Source: Squalus acanthias (lineage: Eukaryota). Taken from it: a stretch of DNA of 64,000 nt. Positions 11,958-24,588 of this stretch are shown here, piece after piece; within the stretch, counting starts at the first letter, position 1, and each line of letters opens with the position of its first letter. Below the pieces are notes generated by a model that was not told the DNA's origin, ran no database searches, and was given only the letters and a program-made list of their open reading frames with translations. The DNA is taken from the NCBI GenBank assembly GCA_030390025.1, contig CM059427.1, forward strand, positions 39,184,001-39,248,000, written 5' to 3'. The position numbers and the translations under genes are program-made.

Positions 11958-14900
11958 AATAACTAGGGTTCCCTCTCTGACGACAAGCCTCAGCCTTTCC
12001 TGCTGCAGAATGAACTTTGCTCCTCTCGTGCAGAAGGCAGCACAACATGAGTAGTTAGTTTCTGGATTCTTTTACATGAGCTGAGAGGCTGCTCTAATGC
12101 TGCCAGAAGCTCAGAAATCAATTCCAACAGTTGACTGTCTTGGGATGATTTGAGAGTATGCACACGACAAGAATAGAGTCCAACACTAAATTAATAATCC
12201 ACCAGTGCCTCCACCACAGACCACTTGGCTACCCTTTTGCTTGTTTAAATGTTTATAGTAGCACTGATGTGGAGGAGAGAATTTTGCACATGGGTAATAC
12301 TTGTGTCCATAACTTGAAATGTTTGCAGTGAAGCTAGACTTGCAAACAGTTATGCTTTGTCCATATCCACAGAGAATGGGCAGAGCCCGTCAGCCACAGT
12401 TCAAGCTATGGTTGAATGGTTTCAAGTCAGTCATTGTGCTTCATTTTAATTTTCTGTTTCCATTTCATTTAGCATTTGATGTTGTGGGATTGCAACTGTA
12501 CCTGCGATAAACACACACTTACGGAGAAAGGCTTCTGTGATTGTTGGAGGTGCCTCCTTATGCAAATGAAACGGAATAGAAATTAAGTAATTTGCTTCAA
12601 GATGTAATGTAATCTGCAAATGCAAGGTGTGAAAGTGTGATTTAAAAGGAATGCTCTTCTGCCTGAATTTAAATTAGAATCTATTAGTCTTAAGACTGCA
12701 AGTTCCTCAGTTACATTATTCTTCGTTAAAATCATGGTAGAGGTGGGGTGTCTTTACATTTAATTTTGATCAGTTACTAGCAAACATAGCTCTTTAGTGC
12801 TGTTAATCTACTAACTCCTGTAGTCCCATTTATAAAAATCAAGGCATACAACTAAATGGGCATTCACTAAAAAAAAGAACTATTATCTTAAATATTCATA
12901 ATTAAACTTAAATAAACCTATTAATCCAGTAGATAAAATAACAATCTACTTGGAGAAATGGAGCACAAGAATCACAGAGTAAATTTTGTCAGGCAACATG
13001 ACTAATAGTGAACTGTGGCTGTTTCTAATTATTTAATTACAAGCACTAATTGCAGAGAAAGTGCAAGAGATTTTGACAAAATTGAAACTGAAGTTTAGTA
13101 TATTCTGTTTATGAATTTGTTTTAAGAAAAGATTCCTCCTATGGCAGCCGCACATTAAAGTCCAAGGAGTATTGCCAATGAATTATTTTATAGCAAAATC
13201 ACTGACATTTTAGCTGGTGATTGTACCAAACTTGTGGTGAGTTGATAATCAAATAATTTCTAGTTAATTTTCTAGCTTCAAAATTAAACTAAAACTGGTT
13301 ATAATTAAAATTTTAAATATAGATGCTTTATTTTCAGGATGTTTATATCTTTGTAACTTTAATGGGTGGCTATGATATTGTCTTGACCTTGCTTCACTGA
13401 AATCCTGGTCTTTTTTCCCTCCCTACTGATCCCTGCATTTTTCAGCCAGAGAGCATATTCACTCTTCTCATTTTCATACATTTCTTCAGTGCTAAGTTGG
13501 AAGCATGACAAGGGTGCCAGCTATATTGTGATTTTCTTTGAATTAAACCCTGTAAATTAACACAATTAGCAAAGCATCATCCTGTTAATTAGCTCCCAGT
13601 GTCTGGTGCAATGGTTTGCTAATGCCGGAGAGGGTGTCAGATGGGGATCGACATGCTGTTCTGTTACCAGGCAAACAGTATGTTGCATTTGTTTAGTAGA
13701 GCAAGGCTACAGCAGCCGCATCTGATGCCTCATCCAGGCTGTGAACAGCTAAAGAGGGGGAGGAGATGAGGAGGGGGTGGGAGCTGTAAAAAAGGACAGT
13801 AATAATTCAGAGTGGAGCAGTGCCACAGATGCTTCAATTCAACTGGGCCTCCCCCTTATCACAGAATCTGTGCCAGAGGGCACTGGACTGTTGGTGAAAA
13901 ATCACTTTTTGTAATATGATCGAGATTAAGGGAGCCTGTTGATACAGCTGCACCAAAACAGTAATGTGTGCCATGCTCAGGTAAGACTTGGACAGAGTTA
14001 GCTGACGCTTTTGGGGGTCTCTGTCTATGTATTTGAGGATTTGAGGGAATGAAATATAACATTATTGCACATTGTGCCACAGATATAACTCTGATTAAAT
14101 ATCTCTGCTCAGCTTCATAAATAGTGTTCGAGTTTGTGTGAGAACGGCAGGATTAGGCTGCCCAGTGCCTTTTGTACCCTGAAGGCTGCTAAAGAAAGAG
14201 GACTGGCAGACAAGTGACGCTTGTTTTTTCAGAGCTTCGACAACAGGACTAAGAAGCAAAAGGGCCAGTTGTAATTCATGCCGAGTTGTAGGCTTTGTGT
14301 GATGAAAGCGATGGAGCGCTGCCTGGGAGATTGCTTTGCTGCACTCTGTGAAGCAGATTTGAAACTGTCTCAGACCACTCAGATGAGAGTTGGATTATAG
14401 AATGACCTGAAATGTCTGTGTCATATTGTTCTGCACAGGGTGCATTATACCGCGCTAACTAGGTGTTCAGTATAAAATCAGAAAGGTATCCTAGAAGTGA
14501 TATGTCAGCTGTGTCTCATATTTTATATTAGAAAGAAAACGGAAACTGTATTAAGAAGCAACCAGCAAATGCAGTCTCTCTGATTGCTTTTCTGTAAAGG
14601 CTCTGCTGTGGGATGGGGTAATTAGTGTTGTTTTTGCAAATTAAAAAGACAAATGTAACGTTATCCCCTGTATTGCAAGATTGCCACAAATGAATTTGCG
14701 GTGTTTTTATATGTAATGATCATGATAGACTTAAACAAAACAAGAATTATTAGCAGCTGTTTTCTAATGGTACCTGTATTGCTGTTGTTTAATGTAAATT
14801 TATCACAAAATAAACTAAAAAGGTTGTACAGGCATGAAGTAATTTAAAGCTAGGTGTAATTTAAAAGTCCACTGGCCCCCAGTTCTGCCATAATTCCTTC

Positions 14901-15440
14901 CTATGTAGGTAGAAGTTCATGAAGGTTACCATAAAAATATTTTATTCTTTTGTTAAATCCCTCCTGAAGAGATTTAACTTTTTCCAATCGGGAGTCGGTT
15001 TCAGTCGCGCAGTTTGTGTACTTGTGCTGCTGACCTTCATCTCCAAGTAGCTGCCAATCATCGAGCTTGTGGCGAAGGATGGAAGCCGGTGGCATGACTG
15101 GACGTTCTTGATTTTAGTCTCCGTCGCAAAGAGTTACATACCTTCACGGTGGATGGTGTTTAGAAAGAACTTTTTCACAGTTAGACGACTTTTTGCTGCT
15201 TGCCGTGCATGCAGAAATGTGATTATTGGGGAACTACACAGCTTTAGCTTAGATAAATAAGATTTTAAGATAAATAAGAATTTGAATGCTTAACGAGACA
15301 TTATCGCTGATGGTGAAAAGTCTGCAGTCACATAGGTCCATTAGTGTAGTGTAGTGTAGAGCAGTGTAAACTCGTGTAAACGTTCAGTGCCACGGTGGGT
15401 TAGTCCGCATTCGAAGCGTCAGTTTTTAATGGATTGAAAT

Positions 15441-15454
15441 GTTGTCTTTTGCAG
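15441..15454 (+). promoter_or_regulatory. 3' splice site (pyrimidine tract + AG) of the last FIGN intron
   Basis: gttgtcttttgcAG immediately precedes GC TTG AAG ATG. Confidence 0.9.
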
Positions 15455-17736
15455 GCTTGAAGATGCAGTGGACGCCGGAGCATGCCCAGCCTCTGAGCCA
15501 GTGGCCGGAACAGCACTTTGACATCTCCTCCACCACTCGTTCTCCAGCCCACAAGGCAGACGTGTTCAGAGGCCATCTGCAACGCACCTATCAGTATGCC
15601 TGGGCCAACGATGATATCTCTGCACTGACTGCCTCAAACCTGCTGAAAAAATATGCAGAGAAATACTCTGGAATTTTAGAAGGCCCCAATGAGCGATCTA
15701 TCTTAAGCAGCTACTCAGAGGGGCCACCAGGACTGGTTAATGGACGGAAAAATGAAGGCGAGCCGTGGCAATCTTCAGTGAACTCTGAAGGTGTGTACCC
15801 GATGAGCTGTGTTCCGGATGTCATAACTGCGAGTAAATCAGGAGTGACCACTGCCCTTCCACCGACAGATGCTTCGGGAAATATAGGGAGCTCTCCTGGA
15901 GTAGCCAGCAACCTGCCAGAACCAAGCTATTCCAGTAGTACCTGCGGCAGTCTCCATTCTGGGCTCCCACAAGTCGGCGCATCTCAGGAATATGCCACAG
16001 CTTACAATGGCTCTTATCTGCATTCAAGTTACAGCAGTCAGTCAGCCCCAGCACTTCCATCGCCTCATCCATCACCTTTGCACAGCTCTGGTCTTCTGCA
16101 GCCTCCTCCTCCCCCTCCTCCTCCTCCCCCTCCTCCTTCCCTAGTCCCAGGCTATAGTACAGGCTCCTCCAACATTTCTGGCACTGTGTATAATTACCCT
16201 TCGGCTGGCTACCCCCCACAGACTCCTGTTGGCCCTGGATACAGTCCTGGTGCAGCCCCACCTCCCTCGGCTTATCTGCCATCAGGCATCGCTGCTCCAA
16301 CTCCTCTCCCTCCAACCACTGTACCAGGCTATAGTTACCAGAGTCATGGCTTGCCACCAATTGCTCCATCACCACTTAGTAACAGTTCAGCCAATTCCCT
16401 GAAAAGAAAAGCTTTCTACATGGCAGGGCAGGGAGAAATGGACCCCAGCTATGGAAATTACAGTTATGGACAACAGCGGACTGCGCAGAGCCCTATGTAC
16501 AGAATGCCAGATAATAGCATTTCAAACACAAGCAGAGGAAATGGCTTTGACAGGAGTGCTGAGTCGGCATCTCTAGCATTTAAACCAACAAAACAGCTGA
16601 TAGTCACTGATCAGCAAAGAAAATTCAGCAGCCAGTCAAACAGGGCCCTCACACCACCCTCGTACAGCGCTGGCAAAAATTCCATGGGACCATCAAGATC
16701 AACCGAATCTTTTGGAAAATTCACCTCTCCGGTAATGAATGAACGCAGTGATGAGCACAGACAGCTCCTCCCACATCCAATACAGGGCCCGGGCATTCGC
16801 GCAGCTACCTCATCTAACCGGCCAGCTGATGAACAGTTGAAGAACACTGACTCACACCTCATAGAACTTGTAACCAATGAAATTATAAACCAAGGGCCTC
16901 CAATAGACTGGAGTGACATAGCAGGACTTGAAATGGCCAAGGCAGCTATAAAGGAGGAGGTTTTATGGCCCATACTGAGGCCTGATGTTTTCACTGGACT
17001 CAGCGCTCTACCTAGAAGCATCCTTTTTTTCGGTCCTCAAGGAACAGGCAAAACGCTATTGGGCAGGTGCATAGCTAGTCAGCTGGGCGCCACCTTCTTC
17101 AGAATCAATGGCTCAGCACTTATTTCAAAGTGGCTGGGGGAAGGGGACAAAATCATTCAGGCTTCTTTCCTTGTGGCACGCTGTCGTCAGCCCTCTGTCA
17201 TTTTCATCAGTGAAGTTGATTTGCTTCTTTCGTCACAAGTGAATGAAGAGCCCAGTCCCATCAGCCGTATTAAAACAGAGCTCCTCATGCAGCTGGACAC
17301 TTCAGTGACCTCTGTGGAGGATCAGGTTGTGGTAATTTGTGCCACCAGTAAACCAGAAGAAATAGATGAAGCTGGTCGCAGATACTTTATGAAACGACTT
17401 TTAATCCCATTACCTGACAGTACAGCAAGGCACCAGATGGTAATACACTTGCTCTCACAGCACAACTACTGCCTCAGTGACAAGGAGATTGCACTGATTG
17501 TGCAGCGTACTGAGAGCTTCTCTGGCTTGGATGTGGCTCGACTGTGTCAGGAAGCAATGGTAGGCCCTCTCCATGCCATGCAGGGCACAGACCTTTCAGC
17601 CATCATGCCTAATCAGTTGAGGCCAATCACTTACCAGGACTTCGATAATGCTTTTTGCAAGATCCAGCCAAGCATTTCCCAGAAAGAGCTGGACGTGTAT
17701 GTTGAATGGAACAAAATGTTTGGCTGCAGCCAATGA
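15455..17736 (+). CDS. FIGN: Fidgetin (meiotic-clade AAA+ ATPase), large terminal coding exon; the short upstream coding exon lies outside the window
   Basis: ORF 15439-17736 closely matches vertebrate fidgetin as I recall it: [11 protein letters not shown]...[31 protein letters not shown], polyproline tract (16102-16137), KRKAFYM, Walker A GPQGTGKT (17032-17055), pore loop SKWLGEG, C-terminus [10 protein letters not shown]. Acceptor TTGTCTTTTGCAG|GC at 15454/15455 is phase 1, fitting the known ...VYG|LKMQW junction. Confidence 0.97.
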
Positions 17737-18376
17737 TAAGCCTGTGAATATGCAGTGATCATTGGTCACAGTAATGTGCTACATAGGGATTAGAAACCCC
17801 TTTTTCAGTAGTATTACAGTTGAAAAAGGTACTGAGGAGACAACAGTGACCTTGGCATATGACTGAGAGTCAGGGTAAACTTGAAGGAAGAGCGCAAAAA
17901 GTCAGAGCTACTCAAATGTAAGCTGTATATGGAAAAGCTTATGTTGATGCTTAGTTCTGCTCAAACAAGACGACGCTCACCAAGGTGCAGTGAAAAGTGG
18001 GTTGTTTTCAAAGGACAGGAACCCTCTGTGTTGATTCCATTCTGCTGTTCTTGAGATTCAGTTGCTGTCAAGTGCCTGAAGTGGTGCTTTATTTTTTTGT
18101 TTGCCTCACAATTCAGTAGGTGGCATGTGCTAATACAAGAGCTTTAACTTTAAACAATTTTGAACTAAATGTTTATTGAGAAATGAACGGTTGTAATAGG
18201 AGGTGGCTAGCCAGCTTTTGCCATTCTTAGGACAACAGTATTCCTCAATCCTGTCTGTTCTGCAGTATCACCTGAGAACAGTTAAAGCAGGGTATTGATA
18301 ATCTGGACCTTAATTTTAGCAGTTCAGTTCTTTTAATGTTCTGTCCGCAAATACTCAGGAAAGTGATTGTGATTTG

Positions 18377-21300
18377 TACCTCAAAGGAATGTGTTGAAAG
18401 CACTATGTACTGCTGAGAGTCATAGGCTGGGTTTCTCATTACTAATATTACTGTATGTTTACCTCAAAAAAAATAATAGCGAGGAGATGACTTTGAATGT
18501 ATCCAGGTTTATTCTGAAGTGGTCCGTCAGAACCTTTTACACTGTTTAGCTGTTCCAGGCTTAAACAGAAGGATGAATCCTTATTGTGAAAGTGATTGCT
18601 TTCCAACTTGGGGGTAAATTCAGCCCAAGCTCCTCTTTATCTTAGTGAACTTTAGCAACTGACAATAATGTTTGTGATCTTACAGTAGCTGCAGTACCCA
18701 GTCAGGAGGTGCACATGTCAATTGAAAGCCACTTTAATAATTAAGTATTTGGGGAAATAATTTTTCATATTCTTTATTTGGTGGTTCACTACTATCTGAA
18801 AGGCACACTTAGCTGTGAACTATGACTGTTGACCTTCAAGCCACTGCCGACTGGTTACAGTTGTAGCTTCTAGGTTATTGAGATGGGGGTGGGGAAGGGT
18901 TCATTATATGTCAAAGTTGGAAGGTCATGGGTCACAGAGCTACATGTGGCAGGCAGTTGGCTGGCTGCTGGATAAGCAGTAGCTAAGCATGAAAATGTGT
19001 GCAAGATTTTCAGTACACTGAAAAAAAACCTAACATTTTGTGTTCAGTTTCAGATTAATTTAACTACCATTCCTCATAGATGTGCTGAAGCCCAAGGAGG
19101 AAGTGTGTCCTGCTTTCTGTTCTACCTCAGTTTTGTTATATTCTCTCTGAAAGCAGATTATTAGAGGGTTTTTGGAAGTCAGATTACACTTTGGTATGCT
19201 AACCTGCAGAACAAGTTTCTGTGAGCTGCTAATTTCCCCTCAAGTGAGCTTCACGTTTCTCCCTCCTTCAGCCACACATTCTGTGGAGTGTTCTTTCTGG
19301 AACAACTATTAGCTGGCATGTGTGGCATTTTTATCACCCCTCCTGTGTTGTCTTTCTTTTTATCCTTTAATGCTTTATGTGCAACTTTTTGTTTTTGACA
19401 GCTGATTGATGTTGGGTAATGTCTCTGAACAGGAGTAGCTTAGGCTGCAGCTGCCCAAAGCTTGTGACTGCATGAGCAGAACAGTCTCGCTCGCTGCTGA
19501 ATGTATTGTTTTTTTCCAATTCTTTATTTTATACAGTTAAAGAACTGTTGCAAAGCACTGGTACTTTGTGTTGCCATTAAATAATGTAAGTTTAAAAGCA
19601 TTTTTTCAAATCTGCACTGAAAATGCCAAACTAGAAGATAAAGAAGTTAGGTTTTGCCCCATGTATTATTTTTGTGGAAAAAAAGCTCATTTTAATTAGA
19701 ATTTCAGAGTATCCTTCTCACAGTTTTTTTTAAAAACAAGCTACAGTCTAAAATCAATATTTCTCTTAAAGTTTGCCAATGCACTGTGCTGACCCTTTTT
19801 GTTGTCTTTAGGTTAGCCATTAAATTTGGTGTGTGCTTTCAAACTAGATTTTTATTTCAATCTTAATGCATTTATTGGAAATGATGAAGTGAAACTTAAT
19901 TCAATAATTCCAGCTAACCCACCAATTGGAAGACTAATAATGGGTTGTAATATTTTCTTTAGCTTGGATTCTTTTGGAGTGAAATGAAAGTGTAATTACA
20001 GACATCAGTGCTGTGGGCCATTCCACCCTAATGTGCCACCTAAATGTGACATTGTGCATCCATGTTATATCCAAACAGGCTTTAAAATTAAAAATTTCAT
20101 AGCATTTCAACCAATGCATGCCATCAGAATGCAGTTATTAAAAAGAAAGATAAAATTCGCATGGGTTTTCCACACGTGTACTTATTCATTTATAGTCTGT
20201 TGTGAATGTAATGTGGAAACCAAAGTTTGTGGCTTATTGGTGGAAAATATAAATTGTTTTGCCCCAAAATAAAATTTCATATTTTATCTTTTGTAACATA
20301 TTTTAATTTTTTTGATTCATTATCAATTTGTGAAAAAGCTAAAGACCAGCTTATACGTGTAGAATTTATTTGTTTCCAGAATTTTCTTGATAGCCCGGTA
20401 TTTCTAACAGTAATTTAAATTCTGACCGTCTAAACTAATTAACAGAATGTGAAATTAGTTTTATTTGTGAAAGCTCTTTAGTCAGCACTCATGCTCTTGA
20501 AGTGTAAATAGGTTTAATGTTGTGCTGGAGGTCATTCAGCCAGAGATGCTGGAGTGTGTCAGGCAACGAAAGTCTGTATTATGTTTTTGAGTCATTGTTA
20601 AATTTTACACAAACACCTTATAGCACAGAGATAGGCAGCATTTAATTACAATGGCACATTCTACCTCCTTCCCCAGTCCTAATCAGCTGTTCCTGTTACA
20701 GCACACAGTCATTGCCTGTCATTCTAAATTCTTCCCCGTTCTTAAATGTAACACTAGTAGTGTAGCACAATACACAGCATTGTTAAAGGCAGTTCAATTT
20801 AAAATGGAAGGATGGCACATCTGAGTCCTTATGATAGCTACAATATAGGCAGTTTGGGTCAGCCATGCTGCGGGACTGAGAAAAATGAAATGATAGAACA
20901 GAATGTTCAGTATTTAAAATGGTCCTACTGAAGTGTTTTGAGCACAATCATTCCTGTTTTAACATCATAAAGCTACTATTGTGAAAGAGCTTAAAAAAAA
21001 TTATTTGCAGTTTAGCCACTCAGAATTTTCTTTTATCCTACATCTGTTGTAAATTCAAACATTGTTGCATTCTTTGTAACCATTTCTACCTCATTGCTAC
21101 ATATTGTACATGTAGTATTTATTATTTTATGTCCTTTTTGAATGTCATGCATTTGTAAAATAAAAGACTTGTCCTTGAACTTGGAACAGTCTACCTCAGA
21201 AAGACTGTCATTACACTGAACAGTATTATCAACCTAAATAATAGGAAGCATTAGGAAAGTGTGGCCGTGTAGATAATGCACACCTACTGGTGATATTGTT

Positions 21301-22176
21301 GGACTGGAAAATGTTACTCACGACCAGACCATTTCTGTAGGATGTTTGTTACTGTATACGCCTTTTTGTGTAGCCATAAGTGCTACAAATAATTTGTGTC
21401 ATACTTAATTCTGGCCCATCAAATGAATAATAATTAAGGAATGTAATAATTAAAAAAAAACTTGATCCCTAAATTAACTTCTTTTAAAAAAGAGATAACC
21501 TCCTGTAGACATAAAAGTCCTATACAGTATCATAAACTATAAATATTTTCAGCAGGTTTTAAAATATATGTATATTATTTTGTATCTGCTGAAACCAAAT
21601 TTGTCTTTACCGCACTGTGTAAAGACTTGCCCATCTTTTAGGCTGCACAATATCATCAATTAAGAAAAAGGTCAATTAATAAATTCACATCATTTGTGAA
21701 CATTATTTGTGTAAATGAAACATTTCTGGTTTAAACTGTTTTTTCAGTTGCTGATGTGATGGGATCATTATATGGTTGAATGTATGTGCATAGGAAACTG
21801 CTTTACGATTAAATTGGAGATCTCGACTGAGTTCCTGAAATTGTTGCAATGCATTTTGTCCTCATTGGTGCAGTATCATTGTAAACCTCTGCATCTCAGT
21901 CCTAGGAAGTAGTAAGGCACTGTAGTCTGGAAATTCAGTGCTGAATCCTATTATATTATCTAGCCACATAGAATCTTTCTTTTCATAATTACTTGCTACC
22001 ACAGGGAAATTATTGGAGTAAATTTTCATATAGAATAACTAGTTTAAGTAGTGACCATTAAAAGAAAATTTGTGGTTCAAGGCAGATATTTTTATGAAAA
22101 GTTTTCTCTATTGTACAATTTGTTGTATATGGCTATGCTACTAAATATGGAAACAGAAAAGAACAAGCATACCTCA
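18377..22176 (+). promoter_or_regulatory. Cluster of let-7 seed-match sites in the FIGN 3'UTR
   Basis: 8mer CTACCTCA at 19122, 21086, 21191; 7mer-m8 CTACCTC at 20661; 7mer-A1 TACCTCA at 18377, 18460, 22170. Confidence 0.8.
18494..21784 (+). promoter_or_regulatory. Cluster of miR-181 seed-match sites in the FIGN 3'UTR
   Basis: 8mer TGAATGTA at 18494, 19498, 20203, 21777; TGAATGT at 21139; GAATGTA at 21439. Confidence 0.65.
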
Positions 22177-22182
22177 AATAAA
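22177..22182 (+). terminator. Candidate distal polyadenylation signal of FIGN
   Basis: AATAAA directly after the last let-7 site, with downstream ggttgtggatttctatttcc (GU/U-rich). Other AATAAA hexamers at 20268, 21159, 21678. Confidence 0.55.
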
Positions 22183-24588
22183 ATTCTGAATATGAAAGGT
22201 TGTGGATTTCTATTTCCTTCACACACATGCAAGGCAGAGTGATACAATGAAAACTAAGAGGAAAGCTAGCCCTTTGGAGGACTGAACCTTTTCCCACCAT
22301 ATCCAAAAATAACAAAAGGTTCAAAATTTCCCGGGCCCTGCCACCATTGCTATGTAGCGCCTGTCATCTCTCCTCATAATTATTTCTAAAGGAAAAGTGT
22401 CCACTTGTTTGTGCAGTTACAACATTCTCGGATTGCTATTGGCAGATGGTACAGTAGCTTTCGAACCCCAGCTATGACTATTCCATGTGATCTGAAACTG
22501 GCTTTTACATGGATGAGAACGGAACCAAATTCCAACCCTGAAGAGACCCATATGCTCAGTTCATTTGGGTTTTTCCCAAGTCATTTGGGTTTAGTTGGCC
22601 TGTCCCTTTAATAAATGGTATGGCACATGTACAGATGGACATCCTTCTGTGTATCCAACCATTAGATTCCCACTTATCAGGACGGGTGATGGATGAGCAG
22701 CTGCTGTTTCATGTCTGGAACCAATGCAACAAAGGTAGATCTTATTGTTTTAGTTTGTAATGAAATGCTTTTTCCCGTTAATTATGTTTTTTTTTTAACC
22801 TGGTGAGATAGTGGGTGGTTGCAATGTTTCAATCTAAAGTATGAGGCTGTTTTCCAGGGCAATGTGTAGAGGAGGGCATTTAATTCTTGGAAATCTAGTG
22901 ATAAAAATACATAAGTTTTCCCAGGACATCAAGCGTGCATTCAATCCCTGGAAATCTAGTGGCAAGCATGCATCCATGTTCCCTGGTGACATTGGAATGC
23001 TGATCAGCCTGGGGGAGGGGGGACGTGTCTGCATCTGATCCCTGCCAGTGTAGAGGTGAGTATGTGTCTGTATTCCCTGGTGGTTCAGAGAGACTGCTAT
23101 GCTGGTCAGTGGAATCAGCATTTGATTTTTTAGATTTGGCTTCACAAATATCTACATTTTATGACCCCCTTCCTTCCCAAGTCAAATCCTACAGAAATCT
23201 GAATTTATACCCCAGAATACTTCTTATGGTATGCAAGATACTTCCAAGCATAATTCAATCTAAAATGTGATGAAAAAACAGCACTGCTGCTGAGAAATGA
23301 AAAAAGGTCTTCCAGTCTTCTGTGGGCTTTTTTTTAAACTTAAAATTCAATTTATAATAAAACAGATATACATTGTTAGGCATAGATCTGGTATTAATGG
23401 GATAATTATTTTTTGGTGCGAGGGCACACGTCGGCATATGACATTACTAAGACAACACAATTGTGTCTTTAGCTTCTGCTGAGACATTTATATAGGGTCG
23501 CGCATCATTTTTGATAAACTTCTGAAGGTTATTTTAGTAGCTGCTTCAGGTTCATTAAAATGTAATTAATTAATGATTTGCTGCTGAACATGTTTTTTTT
23601 AAACTGCCCAACAGCTTGTCTCACAGTTACAAAAACCTACACTAAAATCTGTTTGCATACTTCAGTATTTATTGGTGCATTTCTAATCAGCAAACAATCT
23701 TATGCAAAGTCAAGTTAGTCATTTGCAGCTTTTTTTTTTGGAAAGGCGTATTATCGGCTTCACAATGCTGACTGTTATGTTATCATCAAAATCAGAGACA
23801 TCTGTATTTCTTTTCCTGTCCTGCTGATGAGAAGCCACGGATTTTTCCTCTGCTCCCTTTCTAGAACCTCAACACTTCCTGCTCCTTAGTCTTAGCTGAA
23901 AGCAGAGCTGCTATCAGCCTCAGTGGCCTGGAATTCCTGGCCTTCAGGCCATGCTCACAAGCAGTATACTCAGCTGTAAGGAATTCTCGTAAAATGTATA
24001 CATACGCACACAGTATTACTTTCAGTCAAGCATGGCCTTCATAAGAAGGTGCAATCTAAAAACGAAAGCACCTATGGGCGTCCACAGAGCTGAGATAACA
24101 GAATCTATGCTTGTGTCAGGCAAATTACATTCTGGTTATTAGTGGCTAGTTTGTAAATATCAAAGATCCACTTGTTACACTCCTTCAAGCTGTATTTGCA
24201 TGCTGATGAAATGCATGTGGATGCCTGTGAACTGCAGGGTTATCTGTAGTGGAACAGCGCTGAGCTCAGAAATCAGACAGTCGTTCATCTGACCGACTCA
24301 AAAGTCCGTGCCGCAGACCTTTCTATTCACTTTCTTCTCAACAATTAAAATATGCAAAGTGATAATTTTACTTAAGTAGCCTTAAATGTGCGATCTATTT
24401 AAATGTGAGGAAAATTGCCCGAAGCTTGCTGCTGTAAAAAAGAATAAATTATGCAAATTACAAAAGGACTCTACCACTTGAAAGCCTAATTTTTCTGTAA
24501 TAAGCATACTGTTTCATTTAATTTTTTGCCTCTTATTAAAAGTGACAGTTCCTTTGCACTGTCTGATGGCTATATCTGACACTGGGTA

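Larger units (their letters stand above)
1..15454 (+). other. 3' part of the large FIGN intron
   Basis: No other coding exon is recognisable upstream of the acceptor. Vertebrate FIGN has a very long intron before the big coding exon. Confidence 0.75.
17737..22200 (+). other. FIGN long 3'UTR (~4.4 kb)
   Basis: Repeat-free AU-rich sequence after TGA-TAA with many let-7 and miR-181 seed matches. It ends at AATAAA 22177-22182, followed by GU/U-rich sequence. The end point is inferred. Confidence 0.7.

Noticed and set aside
15439-15454. ORF-track start MLSFAG as the true FIGN N-terminus
   Set aside because: These codons are the polypyrimidine tract and AG of the splice acceptor; the normal start is in an upstream exon outside the window.
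15711-17021. Antisense ORFs (66-184 aa) overlapping FIGN
   Set aside because: Expected shadows of a Pro/Ser-rich coding strand; no recognisable domain.
15455-17736. Processed retrocopy of FIGN, or FIGNL1/FIGNL2
   Set aside because: FIGN natively has almost all its CDS in one exon; the acceptor, intact ORF and long UTR are present, and the sequence matches FIGN throughout.
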